The notes under the pieces are model-generated. The model saw only the letters and a list, made by a program, of their open reading frames with translations. It made no database searches and was not told the origin of the DNA. Below, piece after piece: positions 25,493 through 35,592 of a stretch of DNA of 64,000 nt. The position numbers and the translations under genes were made by a program. Source of the stretch: an uncultured virus (IMG/VR IMGVR_UViG_3300021559_000009) (Duplodnaviria > Heunggongvirae > Uroviricota > Caudoviricetes); the IMG/VR virus record IMGVR_UViG_3300021559_000009, positions 1 to 64,000 of that record; one strand, 5' to 3'. How positions within the stretch are numbered: the stretch's first letter is position 1; each line of letters starts with the position of its first letter.

Positions 25493-27363
25493 GAATCGTC
25501 GTCATAGATTTCGAATCGTTTTTTGCCGACGACTATACTTTGTCCAAGATGAGTACGGAAGCTTACGTCCGTGATAAGCGTTTCGAGGCTCACGGCGCCG
25601 CAATTAAATGGTCCAAGGATACGCCTGCACGATGGTACGATGAGAGGCAGTTGCGAGAGGTGTTGAAGAACGAGGACTGGTCAGATGTGTTTCTCCTTTC
25701 CCACCACGCGAATTTTGACCACCTCATACTATCTCACCACTACTCCGTGGCGCCTCGAATGTCCGGTTGCACGCTGTCCATGGCTCGGCTCTTGCTTGGC
25801 AACCATATCTCTGTCTCCCTCGATTCTGTCCGACAGCAATTCGGTTTGCCCGTTAAGCGTACCCCGTATCACCTTTTCAAGGGCAAGCATTGGCGCGAGC
25901 TGAGCGATGAGATAAGGCAGCAGGTCGCTGACGGCGCTTGCGATGAGGTCGAGTCGATCTGGACGCTGTTCGGGATACTCTCGAAGCAGTTTTCGAGCGA
26001 AGAATATTCCGTCGTGGACACCACGATAAAAATGTTTACGCAGCCCGTGCTGCGTGCTGACACCGAATTGCTCGCTCAAATCTGGGAGAAAGAAGAAAGT
26101 GACAAATCACGTCGTCTTGCCGATTTGGGCGTTAGTGCTATCGAGTTGCAGTCCAGTGATCGTTTTGCTGACCTTATTCGCGCTGAGGGCATTGAACCTG
26201 AGACCAAAGAAGGACCGGAACGCAAGGACGGCTCGCGAGGAATAATCTACGCGTTTGCCAAGACCGACTATTTCATGGAGGAATTGCTTGAGCACGAGAA
26301 CCCGCGAGTTCGCGCTCTCGCCGAGGCTCGCATCGGCCAGAAGTCCACTCTCATGCAAACGCGCGCCGAGACGCTGGGCTGGATGGCAAGTCGGGGACCT
26401 CTGTGCGTTTATCTGCGCTACGCAGGCGCTCACACGACGAGATGGAGCGGAGGAGACAAGACGAATTTCCAGAACTTCAAGAAGCCCGATCCCGATCTCC
26501 CTCCAGACGAGAACCCGAATATCAGGGACGCGGTCTTGGCGCCCGAGGGTTATGTCTTAATTAAGCCCGACTGTTCGCAGATCGAATGCAGGCTGCTTAA
26601 CTTCGTTGCCGGCCAGCACGACGTGATCGAGCGGTTCCGCAACGGCGAGGACCCTTACGTCAACGTCGCTTCGGCGTTCTATGGTTATGCCGTCAACAAG
26701 CGCGACCATCCGACCGAGCGCCAGTGCGGCAAGGTGCTTGAGTTGCAGGCAGGTTACGGCTCGGGCGGCGATAAGATCAGGCACACGCTGCGCGTCAAGA
26801 CCAAGGGCAAGATACTGCTAACACCGGAGGAAGGGCTCAAAGCGCGCGACGCGTACCGCGACACCCATCCCGCGGTGACCGACCTTTGGAAACAGGCTGG
26901 CCGGATGCTGGCGCGGCTTGCTGGCGGACCACCGACGACATGGGGCCCGTGCGAGGTGCGCAACCATCGGATCGTTTTGCCCAATAAGACGGAACTTATC
27001 TACGACACTCTGGAATTTCACCGCCCCGAATCCGAGGAAGAGATAAAGACTGACTGGGATCGCGATGGGTGGTGGCGCTTGCGCACGCGGCGCGGCTGGA
27101 CCAAGATGTACGGCGCGAAACTGGTGGAGAATTTGATCCAGGCCCTCGCGCGTGTCGTCGTGTCCCAGGCGATGATTCGCGTAGTGAACATGGGCTATCG
27201 CGTGGTAAGCATGGAGCACGACTCGCTGTGGATTTTGATTCCGGAGCAAAACGCTAAAGACCACGCCGAACGCTGTCGTCTTGAGCTGTGCCGCGACGTG
27301 CCGTGGCTGCCGGGATTGCCGCTCGATGCGGAGGTGACGCTGGGAGAAAAGTATTCGAAATGA
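25489..27363 (+). CDS. phage DNA polymerase, family A
   Basis: Exonuclease DFES...HHANFD; AHTTRWSG...NFQN; motif A DCSQIECR; motif B RQCGKVLELQAGYG; motif C EHDS. Confidence 0.93.
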   Translation: MRIVVIDFESFFADDYTLSKMSTEAYVRDKRFEAHGAAIKWSKDTPARWYDERQLREVLKNEDWSDVFLLSHHANFDHLILSHHYSVAPRMSGCTLSMARLLLGNHISVSLDSVRQQFGLPVKRTPYHLFKGKHWRELSDEIRQQVADGACDEVESIWTLFGILSKQFSSEEYSVVDTTIKMFTQPVLRADTELLAQIWEKEESDKSRRLADLGVSAIELQSSDRFADLIRAEGIEPETKEGPERKDGSRGIIYAFAKTDYFMEELLEHENPRVRALAEARIGQKSTLMQTRAETLGWMASRGPLCVYLRYAGAHTTRWSGGDKTNFQNFKKPDPDLPPDENPNIRDAVLAPEGYVLIKPDCSQIECRLLNFVAGQHDVIERFRNGEDPYVNVASAFYGYAVNKRDHPTERQCGKVLELQAGYGSGGDKIRHTLRVKTKGKILLTPEEGLKARDAYRDTHPAVTDLWKQAGRMLARLAGGPPTTWGPCEVRNHRIVLPNKTELIYDTLEFHRPESEEEIKTDWDRDGWWRLRTRRGWTKMYGAKLVENLIQALARVVVSQAMIRVVNMGYRVVSMEHDSLWILIPEQNAKDHAERCRLELCRDVPWLPGLPLDAEVTLGEKYSK

Positions 27364-27557
27364 GTGATCGGTGTCTTTGTTCCGATTTCGAGTTGCGTGG
27401 TCAGAACTACGAAATCTGGTCAGACTCTATGCATCCGAGCAATCAGTGTCTCATTGATCCGCGCAAGCACGAAGTGGTAGACACTGATCACGCTTTTGAT
27501 CCGCCGCTCTCTAACGATGAACTGCTGAGCATATATGACTACGGAAAAGGCTACTGA
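27360..27557 (+). CDS. hypothetical protein
   Basis: ATGA overlap with the polymerase gene. Confidence 0.45.
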   Translation: MSDRCLCSDFELRGQNYEIWSDSMHPSNQCLIDPRKHEVVDTDHAFDPPLSNDELLSIYDYGKGY

Positions 27558-27579
27558 CGCCCCCTCGTGGGTACGCTAA

Positions 27580-28068
27580 ATGACTGACACCGCAGAGCTG
27601 ATCGCGCGACCGTGCCCGACGTGCGGCTACCAGATAGATCGCGTTGAGCGCCTTACCAACACGGTTGCCGCGCAGGCGCAGGAGATCGAGCGGAAGGAAC
27701 TCAATCGGTTGCAGGCATGGGCGAGATGGGAAGTGTCACAGCGTCAGTGGGAGGCCGCCGAAGCCCGCGTGAGGGAGACAACGCAAGAATACAACGCGCT
27801 TATAGAAAGCGTGCGATCGCTGTGCAACGACGAAATTGAGATCACGCCCGCGATGATCCGCGCGGGCGTCGAAGCTTTCAAGCCTTTTCTTTTTGAGTAT
27901 TATCATATTTTTGATTCTGATCACCCGGAGATAGTTCGGGCGGTTTGGACGGCCATGTGTAAGGCAGCCAGTTATCAAGCTTTTGTTTCAAAGGCCGTCA
28001 AGACTTACCCGCAACCTTCCCTTCGACCACCCGGAGGCGCTCGTGAAGGCCAGGAAAATCCAACATGA
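27580..28068 (+). CDS. modular hypothetical protein (TDTAELIAR/AQAQEIER plus EITPAMIRAG)
   Basis: Motifs shared with the 16-kb ORFs. Confidence 0.6.
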   Translation: MTDTAELIARPCPTCGYQIDRVERLTNTVAAQAQEIERKELNRLQAWARWEVSQRQWEAAEARVRETTQEYNALIESVRSLCNDEIEITPAMIRAGVEAFKPFLFEYYHIFDSDHPEIVRAVWTAMCKAASYQAFVSKAVKTYPQPSLRPPGGAREGQENPT

Positions 28069-28787
28069 ACACGCTAGACGGCGTTCCCCCCTTCCTCGAC
28101 CGCACGCGCCTCGTCGGCATATACTCGATCCTCAATGCGTATAAAAACTGCCCCCACCAGATGGCGCGACGCTATGTCATCAAGGACCAGCCTTTTATTG
28201 AAACGCCCGAGATGGCTTGGGGTAACAAAGTGCATTCCGCAATGGAACTGCGCGTGGGCGGCAAGAAGCCGCTGCCCGTTGACATGCAGCAGTGGGAGCA
28301 GTTCTGCACCCCGTTTGACCGCGTGTACGACACCGATAAGTCGGCAATAGCAGTTGAATTGAAGCTGGGCGTCACATGGAACATGCGCCCCTGCGATTTC
28401 TGGGACAAGGAAGTCTGGTTCCGCGGCAAGATCGACGTGACGCTCGTGAACCACAAAACAGACGAGATGTCCGCTTACATCGCGGACTGGAAAACTGGCG
28501 GCTCCAAGTACGAAGACCCGTTTGAGCTAGCGACCAACGCGGTCTTGCTCAAGGCGAAGCATCCTGGATTGACGCGCATCTGCGGGAGCTATATTTGGCT
28601 CAAGGAGAATCGCGTCGGCGAGCTGCATGACCTGTCCGACGTAACCAAGACGTGGGCCGAGATGAAGCGGCTGATGGGTGAGATCGAGGAGAAGAAAAAG
28701 AGCGGGCAATGGGACAAGACCAAGAGCGGACTCTGCGGTTGGTGCAGCGTCAGGGACTGCGAGCACTGGCACGAGGCGAGAAAATAA
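28065..28787 (+). CDS. PD-(D/E)XK exonuclease (Cas4/RecB-like, Cys-ligated)
   Basis: CP...GNKVH...RGKIDV...IADWKTG...LCGWCSVRDC. Confidence 0.85.
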   Translation: MNTLDGVPPFLDRTRLVGIYSILNAYKNCPHQMARRYVIKDQPFIETPEMAWGNKVHSAMELRVGGKKPLPVDMQQWEQFCTPFDRVYDTDKSAIAVELKLGVTWNMRPCDFWDKEVWFRGKIDVTLVNHKTDEMSAYIADWKTGGSKYEDPFELATNAVLLKAKHPGLTRICGSYIWLKENRVGELHDLSDVTKTWAEMKRLMGEIEEKKKSGQWDKTKSGLCGWCSVRDCEHWHEARK

Positions 28788-28946
28788 TGGGAGAACTGCC
28801 TTATCCAAATTGTCCATATTGTGGGGCTCGCGGCGTTTGTTTTTCTCTTGATACGTGTTTGTGCAAAAACGGTCACCAGTATGCCCGAATGGACCATCCA
28901 AAAGATTCCGCCCTACAAGCGCAACCGCTACCCGCGAGGACCGAGG

Positions 28947-29357
28947 ATGAAGACGCCGGAAGCAGTGGAGAAGGACGAGTTAAAGAAGTACCTTGCCGGG
29001 ATCGGTGCGTTCTACTTCCTCACCTTCGCTCCCGGCTTCGGCAAGTCGGGCCTGCCCGACATCGTGGCGTGCATTGCGAGAAGCAGTGAGAGGCCGAGGA
29101 GTAGCGCCTTCATAGCGTGGCTGGATAGAAATAACCTTACGGGCATCGACGCGTTAAACAGCGCTTTCAACTGTGGCTACGCCACGGGTCAGCGCAGCGT
29201 TGGCGCATTCTGGGGGATCGAGGTCAAGCGTGAGGGCTTCGGGCCAACCAAGATTCAAGAGATACGAATGGAGGAAGTTAAGAGAGTGGGTGGCATGACG
29301 GCGTGGGGAACGGCTGAGAAAGTGATAGGGGAGATCGAGGCGTGGAGAAAATCCTGA
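28947..29357 (+). CDS. VRR-NUC / Holliday junction resolvase-like nuclease
   Basis: TPE...GLPDIVAC...FWGIEVKR...PTKIQ...GG. Confidence 0.8.
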   Translation: MKTPEAVEKDELKKYLAGIGAFYFLTFAPGFGKSGLPDIVACIARSSERPRSSAFIAWLDRNNLTGIDALNSAFNCGYATGQRSVGAFWGIEVKREGFGPTKIQEIRMEEVKRVGGMTAWGTAEKVIGEIEAWRKS

Positions 29358-29821
29358 CGGGTGACTGTCGTGTGCTGCTCCGCGATCTCCCCGCCGAGTC
29401 GATTAACTGCGTGGTGACGAGCCCGCCCTATTGGAATTTGCGGGATTATAAGATCGAACCGCTGCTGTGGGAAGACGGCTGGCGCGGTGTGCACGGATTG
29501 GAACCAACAATTGAGCTTTACGTGCGCCACTCGATTGAGATTTTCCGCGAGATACGCCGCGTGTTGCGCTCTGATGGAACGCTTTGGCTTAATCTGGGTG
29601 ACAGTTATGCAAGCGGCGGTCGCGGCGGCTCGCCTCTCCACGGAATCGTGCTCGACCCATTTGCCGGCGCGGGAACGGTTGCCCTGGTAGCGCGTAATCT
29701 CGGCCGGCACTGCGTGCTGATGGAAATGAACCCTGAGTACGTGGTAATGGCCGAGCGGCGTCTTGCCGGTCTTCCCGTCGCGCCTCCCATTACCGAGCAG
29801 GCACATGCAGTTCTACCATGA
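29342..29821 (+). CDS. beta-class N4C/N6A DNA methyltransferase, internally shortened (possible pseudogene)
   Basis: GDC...VVTSPPY...LRSDGTLWLNLGDSY joined almost directly to VLDPFAGAGT; only 159 aa. Confidence 0.75.
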   Translation: MEKILTGDCRVLLRDLPAESINCVVTSPPYWNLRDYKIEPLLWEDGWRGVHGLEPTIELYVRHSIEIFREIRRVLRSDGTLWLNLGDSYASGGRGGSPLHGIVLDPFAGAGTVALVARNLGRHCVLMEMNPEYVVMAERRLAGLPVAPPITEQAHAVLP

Positions 29822-31421
29822 CGCCGCGCGCAAACTTTTAATTTACGAGCACCCCTCCTCGCTCGTCGCGCAGCACGTGCCGGACGCCGTGCAGGTCAAC
29901 GGGCAGTACGTCGCGGTACCGCAGACGCTGCGCAACAGCCAGGTGCTGCGGTGGCTGGGGTATCCCGTGGCGCCAATCATGACCGACTACGATTGGCCGA
30001 TCGGACCCGGCAAGGTGCCGGGAGCGCATCAGAAGCTCATGGCCAATTTCCAGCTCATTCATCCCAAGTGCTTCAACCTCTCGGATCCCGGTACGCAGAA
30101 GACGCTTCCCGCCCTGTGGGCCGCCGACTGGCTTATGAACCAGTTCCCGCCAGGCGAGTGCCGCTGCCTCATCGTGGGCCCGCTCAATGTGATCGAGACA
30201 GTGTGGGTAGACGAGATATGGTCGAACCTGCTTGGGCGGCGCACTTTCGAGGTGCTCTATGGTGACGAGCAGAAGCGACTGCGCCTCTTGGCGAAGAAAC
30301 CAGACTTCGCGATCGTGAACATCGACGGCGTGGGGGTGGGGGCGCACACCTATCGCAGCGACCGTAAGATGCGCACCTCGGTGCGGCTCGACGGCTTTTC
30401 GAAGGCGCTGGCCGAGGACAAGAGCATAAAAATAATAATCGTGGACGAGGCCGACGGCTACGTTGACTCGCGCACCAAGCGTCATCACATCGCGCGCGAA
30501 ATCTTCGGCTCGCGTCCCTATCTATGGATGATGACGGGTACACCCACGTCGCAACGCCCCGACGAGGCGTACGGAATAGCGAAGCTGGTTAACAACGCCT
30601 TTGGCAAGTCGTACACCGGTTTTCGTGACGAGACCATGACCAAGATCGATCAGTTCAAGTGGGTCCCGAGGAAGGACGGTTACGAAAAGGCATTTCAGAT
30701 TTTAACCCCCGCCGTGCGCTTCACGCTTGAGGAGATATGGCAGAACCGGCCTGCACTAAGTACAGTTTTGCATGAGGTGGCGCTAACCGAGGAGCAGAAA
30801 AAAGCGGCGAGCGACCTCAAACGCACGCTTTTAATCCAGCTACAGGGCGGCAAGAAGCTGACGGTCGCTAACGAAGCGGTCGCGAGAGCGAAGCTCTTGC
30901 AAATTGTGCTCGGCGCCGTATACGATGACCTGCACAAAGTACATAAAATCGACGCCGAGCCGCGTTACCAGATGATTGAGGAGATAGTTGCGAACGCAAA
31001 ACACAAGGTTCTTATCTTTTGTCCCTTGACAAGCGTAGTCAACCTGCTGCATTATAGACTACAGAAGCGGTGGCGGTGCGGGATCATCAATGGCCACGTG
31101 GCGCCAAGCGAGAGAATGGCGGTAATCAGGGCTTACCGCGACGAGGCGGACTTCAAAGTCATGGTGGTGGATGCGCAGAGCGTCAGCCACGGCATTAATC
31201 AGTTCACGGTCGCGGACACGGTGGTATGGATGGTCCCGATCGACAAAACGCGGCTTTACATCCAGGGCAATAGAAGGGTTTACCGGCCGGGACAGAAGAA
31301 CGACGTGACGGTGCATCGAATTACAGCGACGCCGCTGGAGAAGGAGATGTACCGGCGATTGGACACCAACACGAGCATGCAGGGCGCACTGTTAAGCTGG
31401 ATCAGGAGGGGAGAGATATGA
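29805..31421 (+). CDS. SNF2-like superfamily 2 helicase
   Basis: DPGTQKT, IVDEAD, MTGTP, KVLIF, HGINQF, QGNRRVYRPGQ. Confidence 0.88.
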   Translation: MQFYHDAARKLLIYEHPSSLVAQHVPDAVQVNGQYVAVPQTLRNSQVLRWLGYPVAPIMTDYDWPIGPGKVPGAHQKLMANFQLIHPKCFNLSDPGTQKTLPALWAADWLMNQFPPGECRCLIVGPLNVIETVWVDEIWSNLLGRRTFEVLYGDEQKRLRLLAKKPDFAIVNIDGVGVGAHTYRSDRKMRTSVRLDGFSKALAEDKSIKIIIVDEADGYVDSRTKRHHIAREIFGSRPYLWMMTGTPTSQRPDEAYGIAKLVNNAFGKSYTGFRDETMTKIDQFKWVPRKDGYEKAFQILTPAVRFTLEEIWQNRPALSTVLHEVALTEEQKKAASDLKRTLLIQLQGGKKLTVANEAVARAKLLQIVLGAVYDDLHKVHKIDAEPRYQMIEEIVANAKHKVLIFCPLTSVVNLLHYRLQKRWRCGIINGHVAPSERMAVIRAYRDEADFKVMVVDAQSVSHGINQFTVADTVVWMVPIDKTRLYIQGNRRVYRPGQKNDVTVHRITATPLEKEMYRRLDTNTSMQGALLSWIRRGEI

Positions 31422-31552
31422 ACTGGCTGGCAGTTTTTGCGATCAGTCTATTTTTTGGCATTATTGCCGGCAGCAAAAATGGCCCTATTTTTCCATGGGC
31501 ATTACTAGCCGCGATAGTCGCAGGAACATTAGCCGCATTGGAGGTAATTTAA

Positions 31553-32020
31553 TTGAGCACCCAGTCCCTTCTCCAGGTCGATGTTTCCGCTCTCGTCCAG
31601 GAATGGAATCAGCTGAAACAGCACCTCGCCGAGCAGTCCAAGGCGTTTGCCGAGTTCTGCAAGCCCTATCGTGAGCGCCAAGACGCGATCGAGAACGCAA
31701 TTCACAAGTTTCTCAATGAAACCAACCAGCAAAGCGCGCGCACCGAGCACGGGACGGCCTACAAGTCGGTCAGCACGACGCCCAAAATCGAGGACCGCAA
31801 CGCCTACCTCGACTTTTGCCTTGACTCGTGGGACGAGGGCGGCAACGAGATGTTGCAACTAGGTGCCCCGCAGATCGACGCATTCAGAAAGTACATGGAG
31901 ATGCGCGAAAAACAGCTTAAGGAAATGAAACAAAGGGGAGCGTTACCCAACGACTTGAGTGTCACGCCTCCCGGCACGTCGGTGTCATTCTTCGAGAAGG
32001 TCAACATAAGGAAATCGTGA
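31553..32020 (+). CDS. hypothetical protein of the replication module
   Basis: Coiled-coil N-terminus followed by SARTEHGTAYKS; GGAGG SD. Confidence 0.65.
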   Translation: MSTQSLLQVDVSALVQEWNQLKQHLAEQSKAFAEFCKPYRERQDAIENAIHKFLNETNQQSARTEHGTAYKSVSTTPKIEDRNAYLDFCLDSWDEGGNEMLQLGAPQIDAFRKYMEMREKQLKEMKQRGALPNDLSVTPPGTSVSFFEKVNIRKS

Positions 32021-32253
32021 TGAGCGCTATGAACATTAATGCGCTGGTGGATTCGCTCAAAAATAATGTCAAACTTGTTGGCGCCGACTTGCCTGCTAGT
32101 GAACGCCTGAACGCGCAATCACTGGCAGTTGTCGGGTTGGAGCTGCTGCGCCAGTTCCTTTTCGACGTGAACCGCTGCGCCGACGCACTGGAGGTGCTCG
32201 CAGACGCTCATAGAACCTTCGTCGAGCACAACGAGAAAACCAAACATCGCTGA
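32017..32253 (+). CDS. hypothetical protein
   Basis: Coupled ORF. Confidence 0.5.
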   Translation: MMSAMNINALVDSLKNNVKLVGADLPASERLNAQSLAVVGLELLRQFLFDVNRCADALEVLADAHRTFVEHNEKTKHR

Positions 32254-32279
32254 CTGGTATTAAAGGAGAGTAAGAGCAA

Positions 32280-33410
32280 ATGGTCGATCACAATCAACTG
32301 CCGGACTACATCCGCAACAAGCAGGGCAGTGCCCCCTCGCTCGCTTACAAAGCAATCGGGAACGTCGGCGCAGGCGCCGGGCCCTACCTGTCTATCTTGG
32401 GCGACCGGTTCACCCTCGTGGACATTGCGGGCAACGAGCAGCCCATCCAGACGCTTTACATCGATGTCGTGATCGTAGACGTGAACGACCACATGTCAAA
32501 GATGTACTACGAGACCAAGTACGACCCAAAAAATCCGACGCCGCCGGCTTGCTTCTCGGACAATGGAATTGCGCCCTCGATCGCGGCAGGCTCGCCGCAG
32601 TCGCCAACTTGCGCGTCGTGTCCTCAAAATGTGTGGGGCAGCAAGATCAGCGAGATGGGATCGAAGGTGAAGGCGTGCCGCGACGAACAAAAGACCGCGA
32701 TCGTCATTCCCGGCATGCCCAACAGCATGTTCCGGCTGACCATCCCGCCCAACTCTCTGAAAAACTGGCGGGCCTATGTCGCCAAGTTCCTCAACGCCGG
32801 TTTCGACATGAGCGATGTCGTGACCAGGTTGTCGTTCGAGGGCGGCGGCGAGCGTGGCACCCTCGCATTTGCCCCGTCGCCGCAGGCATGGCTCGATGCC
32901 GCGACCCTCGCGGTACGCGACCAGGCCATCAAGACCAAGGCATCCGACATCATCGTGGGCCGCCTCGACCGGCCGCGGCAGGCTGCGATTGCGCCTCCTG
33001 TTGGCATTCAAATGGGGGATCAATACGCGCCGCTTCCTGTGCACCCTTTCCCTGCGGCCACTGCGGCGCCGCCGGCGGCGATCCCCTCCGCCGCGCCCCC
33101 CGCGCAGCATTGGGGCGCCCCTACCCCGCAGGCCACCCCTACAATGCCTGGACCGACTGTTGCGCCTATTGCATCCCCTTCTGACCCGCCCGCGCGTCGC
33201 CGGCGCCGAACGAAGCAGGAGATGGAGCAGGCCAACACGCAACAACAACCTGCCGCGACCCCGGCAGCGGCGCCTCCCGCGTCGGGCCCCGGTCCGGTGC
33301 TGGCGCCGTTCCGCCCAGCTGCCAACTCCGGTCCGGCGTTCGGCATGCAAGAGGCGCCACCCCCGAACGCCGAGCTGCAAGCGAACATCGAGTCCATCTT
33401 TGGCCGCTAG
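32280..33410 (+). CDS. putative ssDNA-binding/annealing protein with Pro/Ala-rich tail
   Basis: CFSDNG...CASCPQNVWGS...KACR zinc site; position in the PolA module. Function inferred. Confidence 0.5.
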   Translation: MVDHNQLPDYIRNKQGSAPSLAYKAIGNVGAGAGPYLSILGDRFTLVDIAGNEQPIQTLYIDVVIVDVNDHMSKMYYETKYDPKNPTPPACFSDNGIAPSIAAGSPQSPTCASCPQNVWGSKISEMGSKVKACRDEQKTAIVIPGMPNSMFRLTIPPNSLKNWRAYVAKFLNAGFDMSDVVTRLSFEGGGERGTLAFAPSPQAWLDAATLAVRDQAIKTKASDIIVGRLDRPRQAAIAPPVGIQMGDQYAPLPVHPFPAATAAPPAAIPSAAPPAQHWGAPTPQATPTMPGPTVAPIASPSDPPARRRRRTKQEMEQANTQQQPAATPAAAPPASGPGPVLAPFRPAANSGPAFGMQEAPPPNAELQANIESIFGR

Positions 33411-33575
33411 GAGGAGCAAAGATAACATGAGGCTCGTTCGAATTCGAACCAAGCGGTGGGGCGTCATTGCTTTAGACTGGTGGTGGCCAGAAGCTGGTTG
33501 TGTCCTTTGGATCGGAGGCATGATTCGCTGGAAGACATGGGGCAGTCGCTGGGGATATCGCCGGAAGGTGCTTTT

Positions 33576-33833
33576 ATGATCGTGCGAACGCTGTCGGCTC
33601 TCGTAGTCCTCGCGCTTTCGACGTGCGCGGCGGCGGCGCAGCGCCATCACGCTTACCACCACGTCGCGGTCGCGCATCATCGCGCGATTCCCGCCGACGC
33701 ATTCGCGCAAGCTAAACCTGGTGCTGTGCCTATTCTTATTAAGCCTGAGGTCGAGAGTATCCCACTACCGCGCCAGCGTCCCTTTGATCTGATTTGGTAC
33801 GACCGTGTCACATCCGTCATTGGAGGAAGATAA
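33576..33833 (+). CDS. small exported His-rich protein
   Basis: MIVRTLSALVVLALSTCAAAA signal-like N-terminus; IPLPRQRP. Confidence 0.5.
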   Translation: MIVRTLSALVVLALSTCAAAAQRHHAYHHVAVAHHRAIPADAFAQAKPGAVPILIKPEVESIPLPRQRPFDLIWYDRVTSVIGGR

Positions 33834-34253
33834 ATGACCAGAGCAAATGGAGCGCCCGAGTTCCTGCGCCGTAACGCCGCGACCGACCTCGGCAAACCGG
33901 ATTACGCCGTGGACCTCGACGAGCCAAGGGCCGAGCCGCAGCTCGGGCCAGATGACTTTGGCGGACGCCGAAACGCTAGACAGCGCAGCGCTGACGCGGT
34001 CAATTTGTCCCGTTTACAAGAAGCGATCGGCGACGTGGCGGCCAGCAACGTCAGGGCGGCAAAGACCTGGGAGGACAAGGTGCCCCTCGACGACATCGCC
34101 GAACGAATGTCACGGCTGACATACGGCGAACTGGTCGAGTTCGCCGAGGGACTCGTCAAGGTCCAGGACTACAAGGCGACCGACGATCCGTCTCTGCTAG
34201 CTTCTTTTTTGTGGAAGTGGTGCGTTAATATCCAACAAGAGGTGAAAAAATGA
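33834..34253 (+). CDS. hypothetical protein
   Basis: GGAGG SD; 139 aa. Confidence 0.6.
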   Translation: MTRANGAPEFLRRNAATDLGKPDYAVDLDEPRAEPQLGPDDFGGRRNARQRSADAVNLSRLQEAIGDVAASNVRAAKTWEDKVPLDDIAERMSRLTYGELVEFAEGLVKVQDYKATDDPSLLASFLWKWCVNIQQEVKK

Positions 34254-34516
34254 GACCAGTCTGCATTGACAGAAATGAACTTCGGTCTAAGCTTAGTGGT
34301 GCAAGGATTTGTGCTTCGGATCGCTTCACTTGCCAAAGCGAAGGAGGAGGTAAAGCGTTATGTTGACCAACTTGCGCAAGCAGCCGCTGCCGCATCAGGA
34401 GGGGGAGCCGCATCGCAAACGGCTCCTACAGGAGGAACTGGAAGCGCACCCCCTGACGACGGCAAAGAAAGGCCTTCTTAAAAAAAGTCAGGAAAGGCGT
34501 GACGAGTATGAAAAGT

Positions 34517-34730
34517 ATGCTTGACAGTCAAGCATCGTTTTCATATTGTGCGGGGTATGAACAAGCTCCCCGCCGAGAAGCGCACTCAAATTCTTCATCT
34601 CCTTTGCGAGGGGAACAGCCTTCGGGCAACAAGCCGCTTGGCGGACGCGGCCTACAACTCGGTCGCCAAGCTGTTCGTTGACGCCGCGAAAGCCTGCCTC
34701 GATTACCAGGATCGCAGAGCCCTCGGTTGA
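34517..34730 (+). pseudogene. IS1-like transposase N-terminal HTH remnant with its palindrome/promoter
   Basis: ATGCTTGAC-A-GTCAAGCAT palindrome over TTGACA-N17-TATTGT. ORF 34557..34730 MNKLPAEKRTQILHLLCEGNSLRATSRLAD... stops before any DDE domain. Confidence 0.65.
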
Positions 34731-34752
34731 TCTTGGCCGGGGGCTGGCCGCT

Positions 34753-35502
34753 CTATCCCGCCTTCATCAACAACACTGCAATGATGGTGCCGACGCCAGC
34801 GGCCATGGCAATTGCCGTAGCAATCCAGGCAAAGACTTGGCCTTGACCGATATGTCGTCCAGATATGCTGCTGTCTGACTCTCGCATGTTTGCCAAGGTA
34901 ACGGTTAACTTTGCGATGGCTTCGGCAGTCATAGCAGATGTCTTGTTCATGGCATCGGTAGTCGTGGTTGAAAGCGAAGCTATTCCCGCGGCCATCCGAG
35001 ACAGCGCGTCGGCCGTCTGGGGATCTTGAACGGAACTCTTGCCAGCCTGGGTGAACGCTCCGGCCTCCAACTTAGTGACACGCGTGTCGAAGGTCGCCTG
35101 AATCTGAACGAGCTGCGTGCTGACCAAGTTCGATGTTGTGCGCACCGACTCCGCCAGCATGTCGCGGATGGTGTTCTGGAACTCCTGACGGGTCTGGGCG
35201 AGCTGGTCGATGCGCTTGGTCTCAGCGTCGCGCTGGGCGTTCTGATAGGAAACCATCGCGCTGGCGGTAATTTCGAGCCTGTCGCTGACGCCGGTTACCT
35301 TCACATCGAGGAGCTTCTCTAAGGCATCCCGCATAGCATCTTGATACTTGCTCTCAGCCCTAACGAGATCGAGGACATTCTTAGTCGGATCAATGACCTT
35401 GCCGCCGCGAAGGTCAATGCCGTGACCGACCCTCTCCTCAAGCTCGGTATTGTTTTCATTGTTGTGGACGCGTCGGCTACTTATTCTAGCTGTCTTGGCC
35501 AT
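34753..35502 (-). CDS. coiled-coil protein with C-terminal TM anchor (lysis region)
   Basis: DPTKNVLDLV...; C-terminal hydrophobic helix. Confidence 0.7.
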   Translation of the reverse strand: MAKTARISSRRVHNNENNTELEERVGHGIDLRGGKVIDPTKNVLDLVRAESKYQDAMRDALEKLLDVKVTGVSDRLEITASAMVSYQNAQRDAETKRIDQLAQTRQEFQNTIRDMLAESVRTTSNLVSTQLVQIQATFDTRVTKLEAGAFTQAGKSSVQDPQTADALSRMAAGIASLSTTTTDAMNKTSAMTAEAIAKLTVTLANMRESDSSISGRHIGQGQVFAWIATAIAMAAGVGTIIAVLLMKAG

Positions 35503-35592
35503 AATGTAAGATCCTTGCGCTTGAGCTACGCAAGTCGCACGTCCTTGCTCCTTGACGGTACCATTTAGCTACCGTCTAGCAAAGATGCTATT

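Noticed and set aside
28065..28787. cas4 of a CRISPR system
   Set aside because: No other cas genes or array; this is a standard exonuclease of phage PolA modules.
32496..33710. 404-aa Arg-rich minus-strand ORF
   Set aside because: Shadow of the plus-strand replication genes; implausible composition.
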